A DNA stretch of 64,000 nucleotides from Candidatus Geocrenenecus huangii (lineage in GTDB: Archaea; Thermoproteota; Nitrososphaeria_A; Caldarchaeales; Wolframiiraptoraceae). The number at the start of each line of letters is the position of its first letter. Position 1 is the stretch's first letter. The stretch is taken from assembly GCA_023254095.1 (NCBI GenBank), contig JALNLM010000006.1, positions 1-64,000 on the forward strand, in the 5' to 3' direction. The notes under the pieces were generated by a model. It ran no database searches. It saw nothing but the letters and a program-made list of their open reading frames with translations, and was not told the DNA's origin. This document shows, in pieces, positions 29,906 through 39,332 of this stretch. The translations under genes and the position numbers were made by a program.

Positions 29906-31084
29906 TTGTCCATGTCTTCACCTATTCCAAGTGTTGAAGAATACATGAGGAGAGAAGCATATTTTATCGATGTAGAAGACACTCTAAGTAGAGTCGTCGG
30001 AATATTTAGAGAAACAGGCATCCCCATAGTTATCGTCTTAAGTAATTCTCAAAACTATCTCGGAGTCATTACGGATAGGATAGTATTGAGATCTATGTTA
30101 AACATTGATGCTGTAAAAGCAAAAAATGTTGTTATGAAGGTTCCAACGGTCAATATATCTGACTCTATCGCAAAGGCTGCACGGATAATGCTCGAGAACA
30201 CGGTTAAAGGCTTACCCGTCTCTGGACATGATGATCGAATAGTAGGTATAATTACGGTAGACGATATAGGTAGAGCTGCTGAGAAACTTTATCCGTCATT
30301 AAAGATTAGAGAAATTATGACTAGAGACCCTATAACGATATCGGCTGATTCCACAATAGGTAAAGCATTAGTGCTCATGAGAGAGAACGGAATATCTAGG
30401 CTGCCGGTAGTCGAGAATAATAGACTGGTAGGACTAGTTACTATTAGAGATATAATTGATAAAGTACTGCAGCCTAAGACGAGGGCAACACGAGGAGAGG
30501 TGGCTGGAGAGAAGATTAGAAGCCTCGGATACAAGGTCTCGGATATTATGACCAAGAGTGTGGTTCAGGCCTCTCCTGAAGAAGAACTTTCTACTGTTGT
30601 CAAGAAGATGATTAAAAACGATGTTTCATGTCTAGTAATCGTCTCTCATAATAGAGTGTCGGGAATAATCACTTGGACAGACATACTCGAGATCGTTGCT
30701 TCTCTAGAAGAAAGAGGGAAACCGCCAATCCATATCCAGGTAAGCTTCAAGATTGAAGACATATCTCCCGCTGAGAAATCCGAGATAATTAAAATCTCAG
30801 AAAAGTATGTTTCAAAACTTGGGAAGGCTTTGGGCAATGGACATCTCTTACTACACTTCAAGGAACATAAAGAGAAACATGGTGAAACTCATTTGATACA
30901 TTGTAGGGCTGTTCTTAGAACAGATAAGGTGAACTTCACAGGTGTCGGTGAGGCATGGAGTGCCAGCCAAGCGGCCAGGGTAGCTTTAGATAAGATCGAG
31001 AGGCAGTTATTAGTAGTTAAGGAATTAGCTGAGAAATATCCATACAGTGAGGAAATCTTGAAGAGGTGGATTGCAGAGTTCTAG
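29906..31084 (+). CDS. Four-CBS protein with C-terminal HPF/RaiA-like domain (putative ribosome hibernation factor)
   Basis: Four CBS repeats (LPV..., GIIT.., IMT); C-terminus ...CRAVLRT...GEAWSASQAARVALDKIERQL resembles HPF. Confidence 0.8.
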   Translation: MSMSSPIPSVEEYMRREAYFIDVEDTLSRVVGIFRETGIPIVIVLSNSQNYLGVITDRIVLRSMLNIDAVKAKNVVMKVPTVNISDSIAKAARIMLENTVKGLPVSGHDDRIVGIITVDDIGRAAEKLYPSLKIREIMTRDPITISADSTIGKALVLMRENGISRLPVVENNRLVGLVTIRDIIDKVLQPKTRATRGEVAGEKIRSLGYKVSDIMTKSVVQASPEEELSTVVKKMIKNDVSCLVIVSHNRVSGIITWTDILEIVASLEERGKPPIHIQVSFKIEDISPAEKSEIIKISEKYVSKLGKALGNGHLLLHFKEHKEKHGETHLIHCRAVLRTDKVNFTGVGEAWSASQAARVALDKIERQLLVVKELAEKYPYSEEILKRWIAEF

Positions 31085-31644
31085 AAATCAGGTTCAACCA
31101 TTACCCTGTATAGGGTACGGGGAGAAAGAACCAGCCTAGATAAACTTGTCTTGATCTTCACGGTAGAGTAGACCAGTATCAAAATAAGTATCACCGCCGA
31201 TACAATATGCAGGATGAGAGATGCATAGAAGTAACCTAAGGTTATCGTTAGAGGACCCTCGAAGTAGATAGGTAGAAGAGGCCACAGCAATGGATTATAG
31301 GAGTGGTGTAGATAGTCTATTATTACGTGGCTTAATGCTCCAATACTAGCAATTGCCCATAAGTACCCTATATCCTCTCTAAGATTATTTTTTATTCCAA
31401 GCACCTTTCTTACCTTCATAGAACTGTAGAGTAACCTTGCGGTTAAGACGGCAAGTAAGCTATCGATGGTTATAGCCCCTATTATTGAGTGCGCTAATCC
31501 TCTAGGGATACTGTATCCTAGCACTGCCAAGATCGGTATCTCGATGTCAGGGATCATAGATCCGAGGAACAGCGTGATCCTTCCATTCTTTAGTTTCCTC
31601 AAGATCGGCCAAACATAGACTATGTGGAGAATCGTAACTGGCAT
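31081..31644 (-). CDS. Membrane-bound metal-dependent hydrolase (YdjM/DUF4184-like)
   Basis: H near the N-terminus, GSMIPDIE, HS, SHVIID, LLWP; several TM segments. Confidence 0.75.
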   Translation of the reverse strand: MPVTILHIVYVWPILRKLKNGRITLFLGSMIPDIEIPILAVLGYSIPRGLAHSIIGAITIDSLLAVLTARLLYSSMKVRKVLGIKNNLREDIGYLWAIASIGALSHVIIDYLHHSYNPLLWPLLPIYFEGPLTITLGYFYASLILHIVSAVILILILVYSTVKIKTSLSRLVLSPRTLYRVMVEPDF

Positions 31645-31743
31645 CTAGCTCAGCTCCCTGCTAGAGTCACTATTCGGCTAAAGCTTATCTTAAGATGTAG
31701 CTTCCTCATATTATAGTGTTGCTATTCATCATTAATGGAATCC

Positions 31744-32196
31744 CTACAACCTATATTTTGAAACCTTTAACGTTATCTCATATTCTGATGGAGGGATCTC
31801 CATTTTATCTGGATACTCTCTCTGAGGTTCAACTCGTAATAGTTCAACAACATATCCTCTAAATTCTTTTACATCTTCGACTGGGATAGTTAAGTTAAAT
31901 CTACCGATAGGCGTATTCTTGTCTATGAACTCTAATTCTACTGTTACTCTACCTGCCCAGAAGCAATAAACATTTACAGGACATCTAGTATCTTCAACAA
32001 CCCTTACAAAAAATAGGGATATATCAGCTTCGCGAATTAATGCTTTCTCACCTATTCTAAGCTGGAATTCTTTGTCTAGCGATGTAGTTACCACGGCAGC
32101 ATCTTTTCTCTTCTCACAGAGGGTAATAAGACTTACTGCAAGAAGAATAATAATGAAGGCTGTAATCAAAGCTATTCGAAGAGGCTTTTTAGGCAT
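31744..32196 (-). CDS. Secreted or membrane-anchored hypothetical protein
   Basis: N-terminal TM segment; EDTRCP-x3-CFWAG motif. Confidence 0.7.
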   Translation of the reverse strand: MPKKPLRIALITAFIIILLAVSLITLCEKRKDAAVVTTSLDKEFQLRIGEKALIREADISLFFVRVVEDTRCPVNVYCFWAGRVTVELEFIDKNTPIGRFNLTIPVEDVKEFRGYVVELLRVEPQREYPDKMEIPPSEYEITLKVSKYRL

Positions 32197-32262
32197 ATAT
32201 AGTAGATTGGGGTCTGTTAGAAAAACTTTTCATCATTGCTCTTAGCTGACCTAGATTGTGTT

Positions 32263-33705
32263 CTAGACGTCGAAGTATAGATAGAATTCATACGGGTGTG
32301 GCTTAGAGTTTACTTCAATGAAGTAATTCATTTCTAGTTCAATTATAGTATCGATTAAGTCATCTGTCATGACAGGCTTCAAAAATTCTCTATCAGATTC
32401 CAGAGATTCCACGGCATCCTTTAAGCTTACAGGCAATTCTTTTATCCCTAGTTCTCTTCTACGTTCTGATGTCAGCTTATAGATGTCTTCGTCAACCGGG
32501 TCTCCAGGATCGATCTTATGTCTCACACCATCAAGTCCAGCTGCAAGTATAGCTGCGAAGGATAGATACGGATTAGCTGAAGAATCAGGCGTCCTAAATT
32601 CTATTCTTTTGAAGGATGAGTTATTTCTTCCTCGATGATATGCGGGGACCCTGATGTTCGCGGACCGGTTAGACTTACTCCATGCAATGTATATTGGAGC
32701 TTCGTAACCCGGAACAAGCCTTCTATAAGAATTCGTTGTCGGTGCAACAATCGCTGCTAGAGCTCTACTATGTTCAAGTAATCCTCCAATAAAGTATCTC
32801 GCAGTCTGGCTTAACTCAGCATATTCATCCTCCGAATCGTAGAATACGTTTTCCCCATCCTTCCATATGCTTACGTGTACATGCATCCCGGAGGCATTAT
32901 CCCCATAGATTGGTTTAGGCATAAAAGTAGCGATCAAACCCAATTGTTTAGCAACGTTTTTAACTACATACTTGTATGTCTGAACATTATCAGCAGTTTT
33001 TACTAACGTGCTATACTTCAAATCAATCTCACATTGACCTGCAGTTGCTACCTCGTGGTGATGAGCGTCTACATCTATGTTAAAGTAATCCATCAAGATT
33101 TCGCAAACCTTGTTCCTGAAATCCATTAAAGTATCTTGAGGTGGTGCGGGGAAATATCCTTCTTTGACCCTAATAGGATATCCTTGAATAGCATCCAACG
33201 TATTCCAGGGAGCTTCTCTAGATTCTATATAGTAGCACATACCTCTACTCGGGTTCGAGGTATCCCAGTACACCTTATCGAATACGAAGAATTCTACTTC
33301 AGGTCCCCAGTAAGAAAGGTCGTATCCAAATTCTCTTAGGTACGCCTCAGCTTTTTGGGCAACATATCTCGGGTCTTTGCTAGACCTTCCTCTACCATAT
33401 CCAAGGTATACATCACATATCATTCTACAGGTCTTACCAGTAGCATGATGCCATGGAAGTACTGCGAAAGTCGAGAGGTCAGGCTTTAAAACCATATCAG
33501 AGTTGTATATCTCTGTAAAACCCTTAATCGACGATCCATCAAGTTTAGGTATTCCTTCCTCGAATGATTGCTCATCTATGTATTCGGTCGTTACAGTAGT
33601 ATGGTGTAGCTTACCTAGAATATCCGTAAAATGTAAATCGATAAACCTGACGCTATTTTTCTTCAAATAATCAATTATCTGCTCTACGGTAGTTTCCGCC
33701 CTCAT
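32263..33705 (-). CDS. glnA: Glutamine synthetase type I
   Basis: DGSSI, GPEVEFF, HHHEVATAGQ, FMPKP...SGMHVH, SYRRLVPGYEAP, EFRTPD. Confidence 0.98.
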   Translation of the reverse strand: MRAETTVEQIIDYLKKNSVRFIDLHFTDILGKLHHTTVTTEYIDEQSFEEGIPKLDGSSIKGFTEIYNSDMVLKPDLSTFAVLPWHHATGKTCRMICDVYLGYGRGRSSKDPRYVAQKAEAYLREFGYDLSYWGPEVEFFVFDKVYWDTSNPSRGMCYYIESREAPWNTLDAIQGYPIRVKEGYFPAPPQDTLMDFRNKVCEILMDYFNIDVDAHHHEVATAGQCEIDLKYSTLVKTADNVQTYKYVVKNVAKQLGLIATFMPKPIYGDNASGMHVHVSIWKDGENVFYDSEDEYAELSQTARYFIGGLLEHSRALAAIVAPTTNSYRRLVPGYEAPIYIAWSKSNRSANIRVPAYHRGRNNSSFKRIEFRTPDSSANPYLSFAAILAAGLDGVRHKIDPGDPVDEDIYKLTSERRRELGIKELPVSLKDAVESLESDREFLKPVMTDDLIDTIIELEMNYFIEVNSKPHPYEFYLYFDV

Positions 33706-33969
33706 CCTAGCCGATCTATCTGACAGATGCTCTATATAACCGTTCTTCTTCTAGAAAAATGAACAACAAATCTAAATAATGGACGACAAATGAACATTGA
33801 TCTGCTAGATTTCTAGTTAAATATTCGCTAATAAGTTTTACTATATTCGGACAATGCAAATTTCAATAATTGAATAAATGCTAAACCTAGAAATTGAGGA
33901 CTTCTCAGCTAGTAATACGGTAAATAGCAAAGTTTAAACTTAAATTTTAAAAAGAAACCATACGATGCA

Positions 33970-34136
33970 GGGGGCGTAGCCTAGCAATCCAAGAGGGCTA
34001 AAGGTCTACGGCGCCGGGCTCCAGCGCTAAAGATATTCGGGACACTACTGATCCATTTGGAGATGAAGATGCGCTGGAGCGCAGTCCTGTTGAAGGAGAT
34101 ACCCGGAGACCGTGGGTTCAAATCCCACCGCCCCCA
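33970..34136 (+). tRNA. tRNA-Trp(CCA) with two introns: D-loop (~33988-34002) and 37/38 (34025-34100)
   Basis: GGGGGCG/CGCCCCC acceptor; CCGGG CT CCA G...A CCCGG; GGTTCAAATCC; removing 15+76 nt gives a 76-nt cloverleaf; BHB-like central helices TAGC/GCTA and CTCC/GGAG. Confidence 0.9.
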
Positions 34137-34178
34137 AATAGCTTACACATTTATTAAAAGGTTAGGAGGCTTTGGGAA

Positions 34179-34388
34179 CTACCATGTTAAGAGTCCTCTA
34201 TTTCTAAGATGTTCTTCTAGTCTCTTTCCCTCCCTTATAATAGTGAAGTTCACTTTTTGATAGAACCTTAGTAGACTATTTCTTCTAATGTATATGTGGT
34301 AAGCGTCCTTCTTTATTCTATACACTCTTCCAGTTTTTAGACAAGTCATTGGGGTTCCCTTCTTTTTATAAAGATACAGACCAGCCAA
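34179..34388 (-). pseudogene. Probable C-terminal remnant of a LAGLIDADG homing-endonuclease gene
   Basis: YHIYIRRNSLLRFYQKVNFTI...RLEEHL resembles the end of a LAGLIDADG domain; the LAGLIDADG helix itself is absent. Confidence 0.45.
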
Positions 34389-34430
34389 TCAAAGGAAAGA
34401 GTTTAATGGACGGCACTAATATCTACTTGT

Positions 34431-35228
34431 GTGGATCTACCGAAATTGTATGATTTAATTTCTTTGAAAGGTAAGAAGGCGCTAGTTACAGGTGCGGCTT
34501 CAGGTATAGGTAGGGCAACAGCATTCCGGCTAGCTGAAGCAGGTGCAGACCTACAACTAATAGACATAAATCTCGAAGGGCTGGATACGGTTGTAGAGGA
34601 AGTTTCATCACATAGTGTAGAAGCGGAGAAATTTAGAGTTGACCTCTCGAGTAAGAAAGAAATAGACAATTTTTGGAATACGATTAAGGGAGATGAGCCA
34701 GACATACTTGTAAATAATGCGGGGATATATGTTTTCAGAGAATTTCTAAAGATTGAAGAAGAGTTTCTAGATAGAATTATGAGAGTAAATCTTTATTCAA
34801 TGTTCTGGATGTGTCAACATATGATCAGGTCTAGACTTGAGAAAGGGGGCGTAATAGTGAATGTCAGCTCTATTGAGAGCATGCTGCCGTTTGCTAAGAA
34901 TCTGGTCCATTATGATATTAGTAAGATAGGTGTAATAGCTTTGACTAGAGCTTTAGCGAAAGAATATAGTAAATATGGTTTTAGGATAAACGTTATCATA
35001 CCAGGCGGTATAGAAACTGAGAGTGTAAAGAAACTTAAAGAAAAGACATTACTAACACTAGATATAGATGTAATCAAGAGTGGAGTAGAATTCAAGTCTA
35101 GACTACCTATAGGAAGATTTGGGCATCCAGATGAGGTGGCAAGAGTAATCCTATTCCTAGCAAGCGATCTGTCAAGCTATGTTACAGGGGCAGCAATAGT
35201 TGTAGATGGAGGCTTTACATCAACATAA
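34431..35228 (+). CDS. Short-chain dehydrogenase/reductase
   Basis: TGAASGIG, LVNNAG, NVSS, YDISK, PGG, VDGG. Confidence 0.93.
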   Translation: MDLPKLYDLISLKGKKALVTGAASGIGRATAFRLAEAGADLQLIDINLEGLDTVVEEVSSHSVEAEKFRVDLSSKKEIDNFWNTIKGDEPDILVNNAGIYVFREFLKIEEEFLDRIMRVNLYSMFWMCQHMIRSRLEKGGVIVNVSSIESMLPFAKNLVHYDISKIGVIALTRALAKEYSKYGFRINVIIPGGIETESVKKLKEKTLLTLDIDVIKSGVEFKSRLPIGRFGHPDEVARVILFLASDLSSYVTGAAIVVDGGFTST

Positions 35229-35489
35229 ACATACTTACCAGTTTTACTAATACTAATAGATGAATTAATTTCTGAATATCTTGGGTAAAGACTGCAGAGT
35301 AATTAATTTAAGCAGAATGGACCTACTTGAACATCGAATCATATTTCTATGACTGTTTTCCAAAACTACACGCAGCCTCCATCTGCTCGTTATACCACCT
35401 ATTCATTGTCCAAATTAACACTATAATTTCCATTTCTCGGATTCAATAGGTAATAGATATATTTTATCGATTTCTATCAATATTGTGGT

Positions 35490-36812
35490 ATGGGTTTCTC
35501 TGATAGATTGGAAGGATATACAGGTAAGGTTAGAGAAGTCCTTGAGTCTGCTGAGGTAGATATTGGTGATGAAGTCGAGATAGTTGTTGATGAAAGTAAA
35601 AAGTTTAGAGGTATCCTGATGAGTAGATACGAGTTAGCTGATCCGGATTTTATCGTATTAAAGCTTCCGAACGGATACAACCTAGGTATAAGATTCAGAG
35701 AAAAGATTAAGGTGGAGAAACTTTCAGAAACAAAGAAACCCATCTTCAAGCCTTTGGGAAAACCTCAACATCTTCCTAGTCTACCTAAAGTAACGATAAT
35801 AGGCACGGGGGGAACAATAGCTAGTAGAATCGATTATAGAACAGGCGCTGTCAGACCCGTCCTCACAGTTGAAGACCTTCTTTCGATCATGCCTGAGCTT
35901 GCGAGCATAGCTGAACTTGACGCATCAATCTTATTCTCAATGTTTAGTGAAGATATGACTCCAAGGGAATGGTCCATGATGGCGGAGAAGATTGATCAGT
36001 ATATTAAGAAAGGGGTAGACGGGGTAGTCATTGCTCACGGAACAGATACGATGGGATATTCGGCTGCAGCCTTAAGCTTCGCTCTCCAGAAACCTCCTAT
36101 ACCGATAGTACTCGTAGGAGCTCAGAGATCTTCTGATAGACCATCGAGTGATTCAGCTACGAATCTAATCGCCGCCGTTAAAGTAGCTGGACATGCTCCT
36201 TTCGGAGAAGTATGCGTAGCGATGCATCATTCTTATTCTGATGATATAATAGCAATTCACAGAGGAACTAGAGTTAGAAAAAATCATACTAGCAGTAGGG
36301 ATGCCTTCAAGTCAGTAAATACAGAACCTGTAGCTTTTTACAAGAATGGTGAAATAATTGTAAATAGGAAGGATCTGAATACTAGGTATAGTGGACAATA
36401 TGTTTTCAATCCAAAGTTTTCTGATAAAGCATTATTGTTAAAATTCTTCCCAGGAATGAGCAGTGAGATAATTGAGGATATTTGGATGAGGGGCTACAGA
36501 GGGATAATCATTGAGGGAAGCGGTCTAGGCCATGTTGCTAGAAGATTACTGCCTATGCTTAAGAAGATCCTGGATGACGGCATATTCGTCGGGATGACTT
36601 CTCAATGCATTTACGGCAGAGTAAACATGAGGGTCTATTCTACGGGAAGAGACCTCTTAAGAATAGGCGTCACACCCCTAGATGATATGCTTCCGGAGAC
36701 CGCCTATGTTAAATTATCGTGGGCTCTCGCACAATCAACAGACATCGAGGAAATAGTGAAGATTATGCTGACTCCCTTGGCGGGAGAGATAGGTGAGAGA
36801 AGCCTACCATGA
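35490..36812 (+). CDS. gatD: Glu-tRNA(Gln) amidotransferase subunit D
   Basis: KLPNGYNLG, TGGTIASRIDY, HGTDTM, GAQRSSDRPSSD, DMLPETAYVKL. Confidence 0.98.
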   Translation: MGFSDRLEGYTGKVREVLESAEVDIGDEVEIVVDESKKFRGILMSRYELADPDFIVLKLPNGYNLGIRFREKIKVEKLSETKKPIFKPLGKPQHLPSLPKVTIIGTGGTIASRIDYRTGAVRPVLTVEDLLSIMPELASIAELDASILFSMFSEDMTPREWSMMAEKIDQYIKKGVDGVVIAHGTDTMGYSAAALSFALQKPPIPIVLVGAQRSSDRPSSDSATNLIAAVKVAGHAPFGEVCVAMHHSYSDDIIAIHRGTRVRKNHTSSRDAFKSVNTEPVAFYKNGEIIVNRKDLNTRYSGQYVFNPKFSDKALLLKFFPGMSSEIIEDIWMRGYRGIIIEGSGLGHVARRLLPMLKKILDDGIFVGMTSQCIYGRVNMRVYSTGRDLLRIGVTPLDDMLPETAYVKLSWALAQSTDIEEIVKIMLTPLAGEIGERSLP

Positions 36813-36824
36813 AAGGTGAAGTGA

Positions 36825-38729
36825 ATGGAGCACGATTATAGGAAGATAGGGTTGAAAGTAGGGTTGGAGATTCATAGACAGCTCGATACTATACATAAGC
36901 TTTTCTGCGAATGTCCAACGGATCCTCATGAAACAGGTAGAGAAATAGTATTCACTAGATGGCTGAGAGAGGCTCAGAGTGAGCTTGGAGAAGTTGATCC
37001 AGCAGCTGTCTTCGAAGCAAAGAAGAGAAAGAAGATATTTTATCACGGTGATGATAAGTCTATATGTCTCGTTGAGATGGATGAAGAACCTCCACACGAC
37101 TTGAATAAAGAAGCAGTTGAAATATCTTTAATTGCTTCTCTCTTAATGAACAGTAATCCCGTTGACGAAATTCATGTAATGAGGAAGATCGTAATCGACG
37201 GATCGAATACCACTGGATTCCAGAGAACATGTATAGTCGCTTTAGGCGGATGGATCGAGGTAGCTGGAAAAAAGATACCTATACAGACTATATGCCTTGA
37301 AGAAGATGCGGCAAAGATACTAGAACAGAAAAGAGGCGAAGTACATTACGATTTAAGGAGGCTTGGAATCCCGTTGATAGAGGTCTCGACCGCTCCAGTC
37401 ATAGAATCTCCGAAAGAAGCTTATGAGGTCGCCTACGCAATCGGTAGGCTTCTTAGAGCTACAGGGAAGGTGAAGAGAGGTATTGGAACCATCAGACAAG
37501 ACCTCAATGTTTCTATTAGAGATGGCGCACTAGTTGAGATTAAAGGTGTTCAAGAATTGGAACTGATTCCAAAAGTAGTTGAGCTCGAAATAGTAAGACA
37601 ACTCCACCTACTAAGAATTAAAGAAGAATTATTGGGTAGAGGTGTAACCGTAGAAGAAATCCTGACGCAGCCGATAATTGACGTAACAGATGTCTTCGTT
37701 AATACTAATTCAAAGATTTTGAAGAAGAAGATAAATGAAGGCTGCAAGGTCTTAGCATTAAGGCTACCAAAGTTTAGTGGTCTAATTGGATTGGAGGCCG
37801 CTCCAGGCATCCGGCTTGGTGTGGAGTTTGCCAGTAGAGCAAGAGCATGGACCGAGGTTGAAGGACTATTTCATACGGATGAATTGCCAGGGTATGGTAT
37901 AACAGTTGAAGAAGTTAATAACCTCCATCAAAAAACTAATTCAAACGATATTGATGCGATAGTGATAGTCGCAGACGAAGAAGAAAGAGCGAGAGAAGCA
38001 TTGGAGTGTGTTAGGGAGAGAGCTATAGAAGCTTTGCATGGTGTTCCGTCAGAGACTCGTGCAGCAAGACCTGATGGTACAACTATATATATGCGTCCTA
38101 GACCAGGTGCTGCAAGAATGTATCCAGAGACAGATCTTCCGCCATACCCAATAAGTCCAGAATATATTAGTAGGCTTAGAGAGAATCTTCCGCCAACCCT
38201 AGACGAGGTAGCGAAAAAACTTGCAGAAAAATACAATCTAAGTAAGCAGATAGTTGATGAACTGATCGATATGGAGAAAGTTGATTTATTTGAGAAGGTG
38301 TTTGATGAGACAAAGTTGCAGCCGACTATCATAGCATCCATTCTTACAGAGCATGTGAAAAGCTTGAAAAGAGAAGGTGCTAGAGTAGAAGAGTTAAAGG
38401 ATGAGCATTTCATAGAGTTTTTCAAATTGGTCTCAGAGGGGATAGTGGCTAAGGAGGCGGCGTATGATGTATTCAAATGGTTGACTGAGAATCCCGGTAA
38501 GAATATTTTAGAAGCAGTGGATGCACTCGGACTTGGACCTGCAAGAATGGATGAAGTTGAGGAAAAAATAGCTCGATTAATTGATCTTCACAAAGAAATT
38601 GTTTCAATAAATCCTGGTAAAGCCATCTCTATAATAATGGGCGAGTTAATGAAGGAATATCGTGGGAAGATCGATGGTGCAAGGCTACATAGGATGGTTT
38701 CTTCCAAGGTCTATGGCCAAAAATCTTGA
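36825..38729 (+). CDS. gatE: Glu-tRNA(Gln) amidotransferase subunit E
   Basis: GLEIHRQL, DEEPPH, DGSNTTGFQRT, RGIGTIRQD, RPRPGAARMYPETD. Confidence 0.98.
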   Translation: MEHDYRKIGLKVGLEIHRQLDTIHKLFCECPTDPHETGREIVFTRWLREAQSELGEVDPAAVFEAKKRKKIFYHGDDKSICLVEMDEEPPHDLNKEAVEISLIASLLMNSNPVDEIHVMRKIVIDGSNTTGFQRTCIVALGGWIEVAGKKIPIQTICLEEDAAKILEQKRGEVHYDLRRLGIPLIEVSTAPVIESPKEAYEVAYAIGRLLRATGKVKRGIGTIRQDLNVSIRDGALVEIKGVQELELIPKVVELEIVRQLHLLRIKEELLGRGVTVEEILTQPIIDVTDVFVNTNSKILKKKINEGCKVLALRLPKFSGLIGLEAAPGIRLGVEFASRARAWTEVEGLFHTDELPGYGITVEEVNNLHQKTNSNDIDAIVIVADEEERAREALECVRERAIEALHGVPSETRAARPDGTTIYMRPRPGAARMYPETDLPPYPISPEYISRLRENLPPTLDEVAKKLAEKYNLSKQIVDELIDMEKVDLFEKVFDETKLQPTIIASILTEHVKSLKREGARVEELKDEHFIEFFKLVSEGIVAKEAAYDVFKWLTENPGKNILEAVDALGLGPARMDEVEEKIARLIDLHKEIVSINPGKAISIIMGELMKEYRGKIDGARLHRMVSSKVYGQKS

Positions 38730-38733
38730 AGAT

Positions 38734-38754
38734 ACAGTCATCCTAGATGACTGT
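38734..38754. repeat. Perfect inverted repeat (operator or terminator hairpin)
   Basis: ACAGTCATC-CTA-GATGACTGT, just after the gatE stop and upstream of the wHTH gene pair. Confidence 0.6.
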
Positions 38755-38847
38755 GCTTATTGCGTGCCAAACCATCGTTTTAGCTTGAGTCCATTTTAAC
38801 CTATCCGTAAAAAGCTTATAATATAGGATTAGGAAGCAGAAAATAGT

Positions 38848-39330
38848 ATGTGTGCACAGACTACGTACAGGATCAGATTGAACTTAAATGGGTTGGAGAT
38901 AGAAGTTGAGGGTGATAAGGAATTTGTTGAATCTAAAATATCCGACTTAAGCTGGATAGATACATTGTCTCAAAAACTTCAAGCACAAGTGGCTCGACAT
39001 GCTACACCTACTTCAAAGACCATATCTACTGAGAGTAAGCTATCGTTTACAGAATTCTCCACAGAGATTAATCCACAAACCCATCTGCAAAGAATTCTTA
39101 CTATTGCATATTATCTCTATAGGTTTGAAAATCGTGATTTTACTTATGATGATGTAGAAAGTTTCTATGAGCAGAGGAGGTGGCCACGGCCATCGAACCC
39201 TAGACAGGCTGTCTCAGACTTAATAGAACAAGGATACATAGAAGAAGCCGGGAAATCGAATGGTAAGAAAAGCTTTAGAATACTTGAGAAGGGAATAAGA
39301 TATGTTGAGTCTAGATTCAAGGAGGAGTAG
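38848..39330 (+). CDS. Hypothetical protein: N-terminal beta-hairpin/helix module plus C-terminal winged helix
   Basis: IRLNLNGLEIEVEGDKEFV; NPRQAVSDLIEQGYIE...FRILEKGIRYV. Confidence 0.8.
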   Translation: MCAQTTYRIRLNLNGLEIEVEGDKEFVESKISDLSWIDTLSQKLQAQVARHATPTSKTISTESKLSFTEFSTEINPQTHLQRILTIAYYLYRFENRDFTYDDVESFYEQRRWPRPSNPRQAVSDLIEQGYIEEAGKSNGKKSFRILEKGIRYVESRFKEE

Positions 39331-39332
39331 TT

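Noticed and set aside
34057-34260. 67-aa ORF on the plus strand
   Set aside because: It overlaps the tRNA-Trp intron and 3' exon
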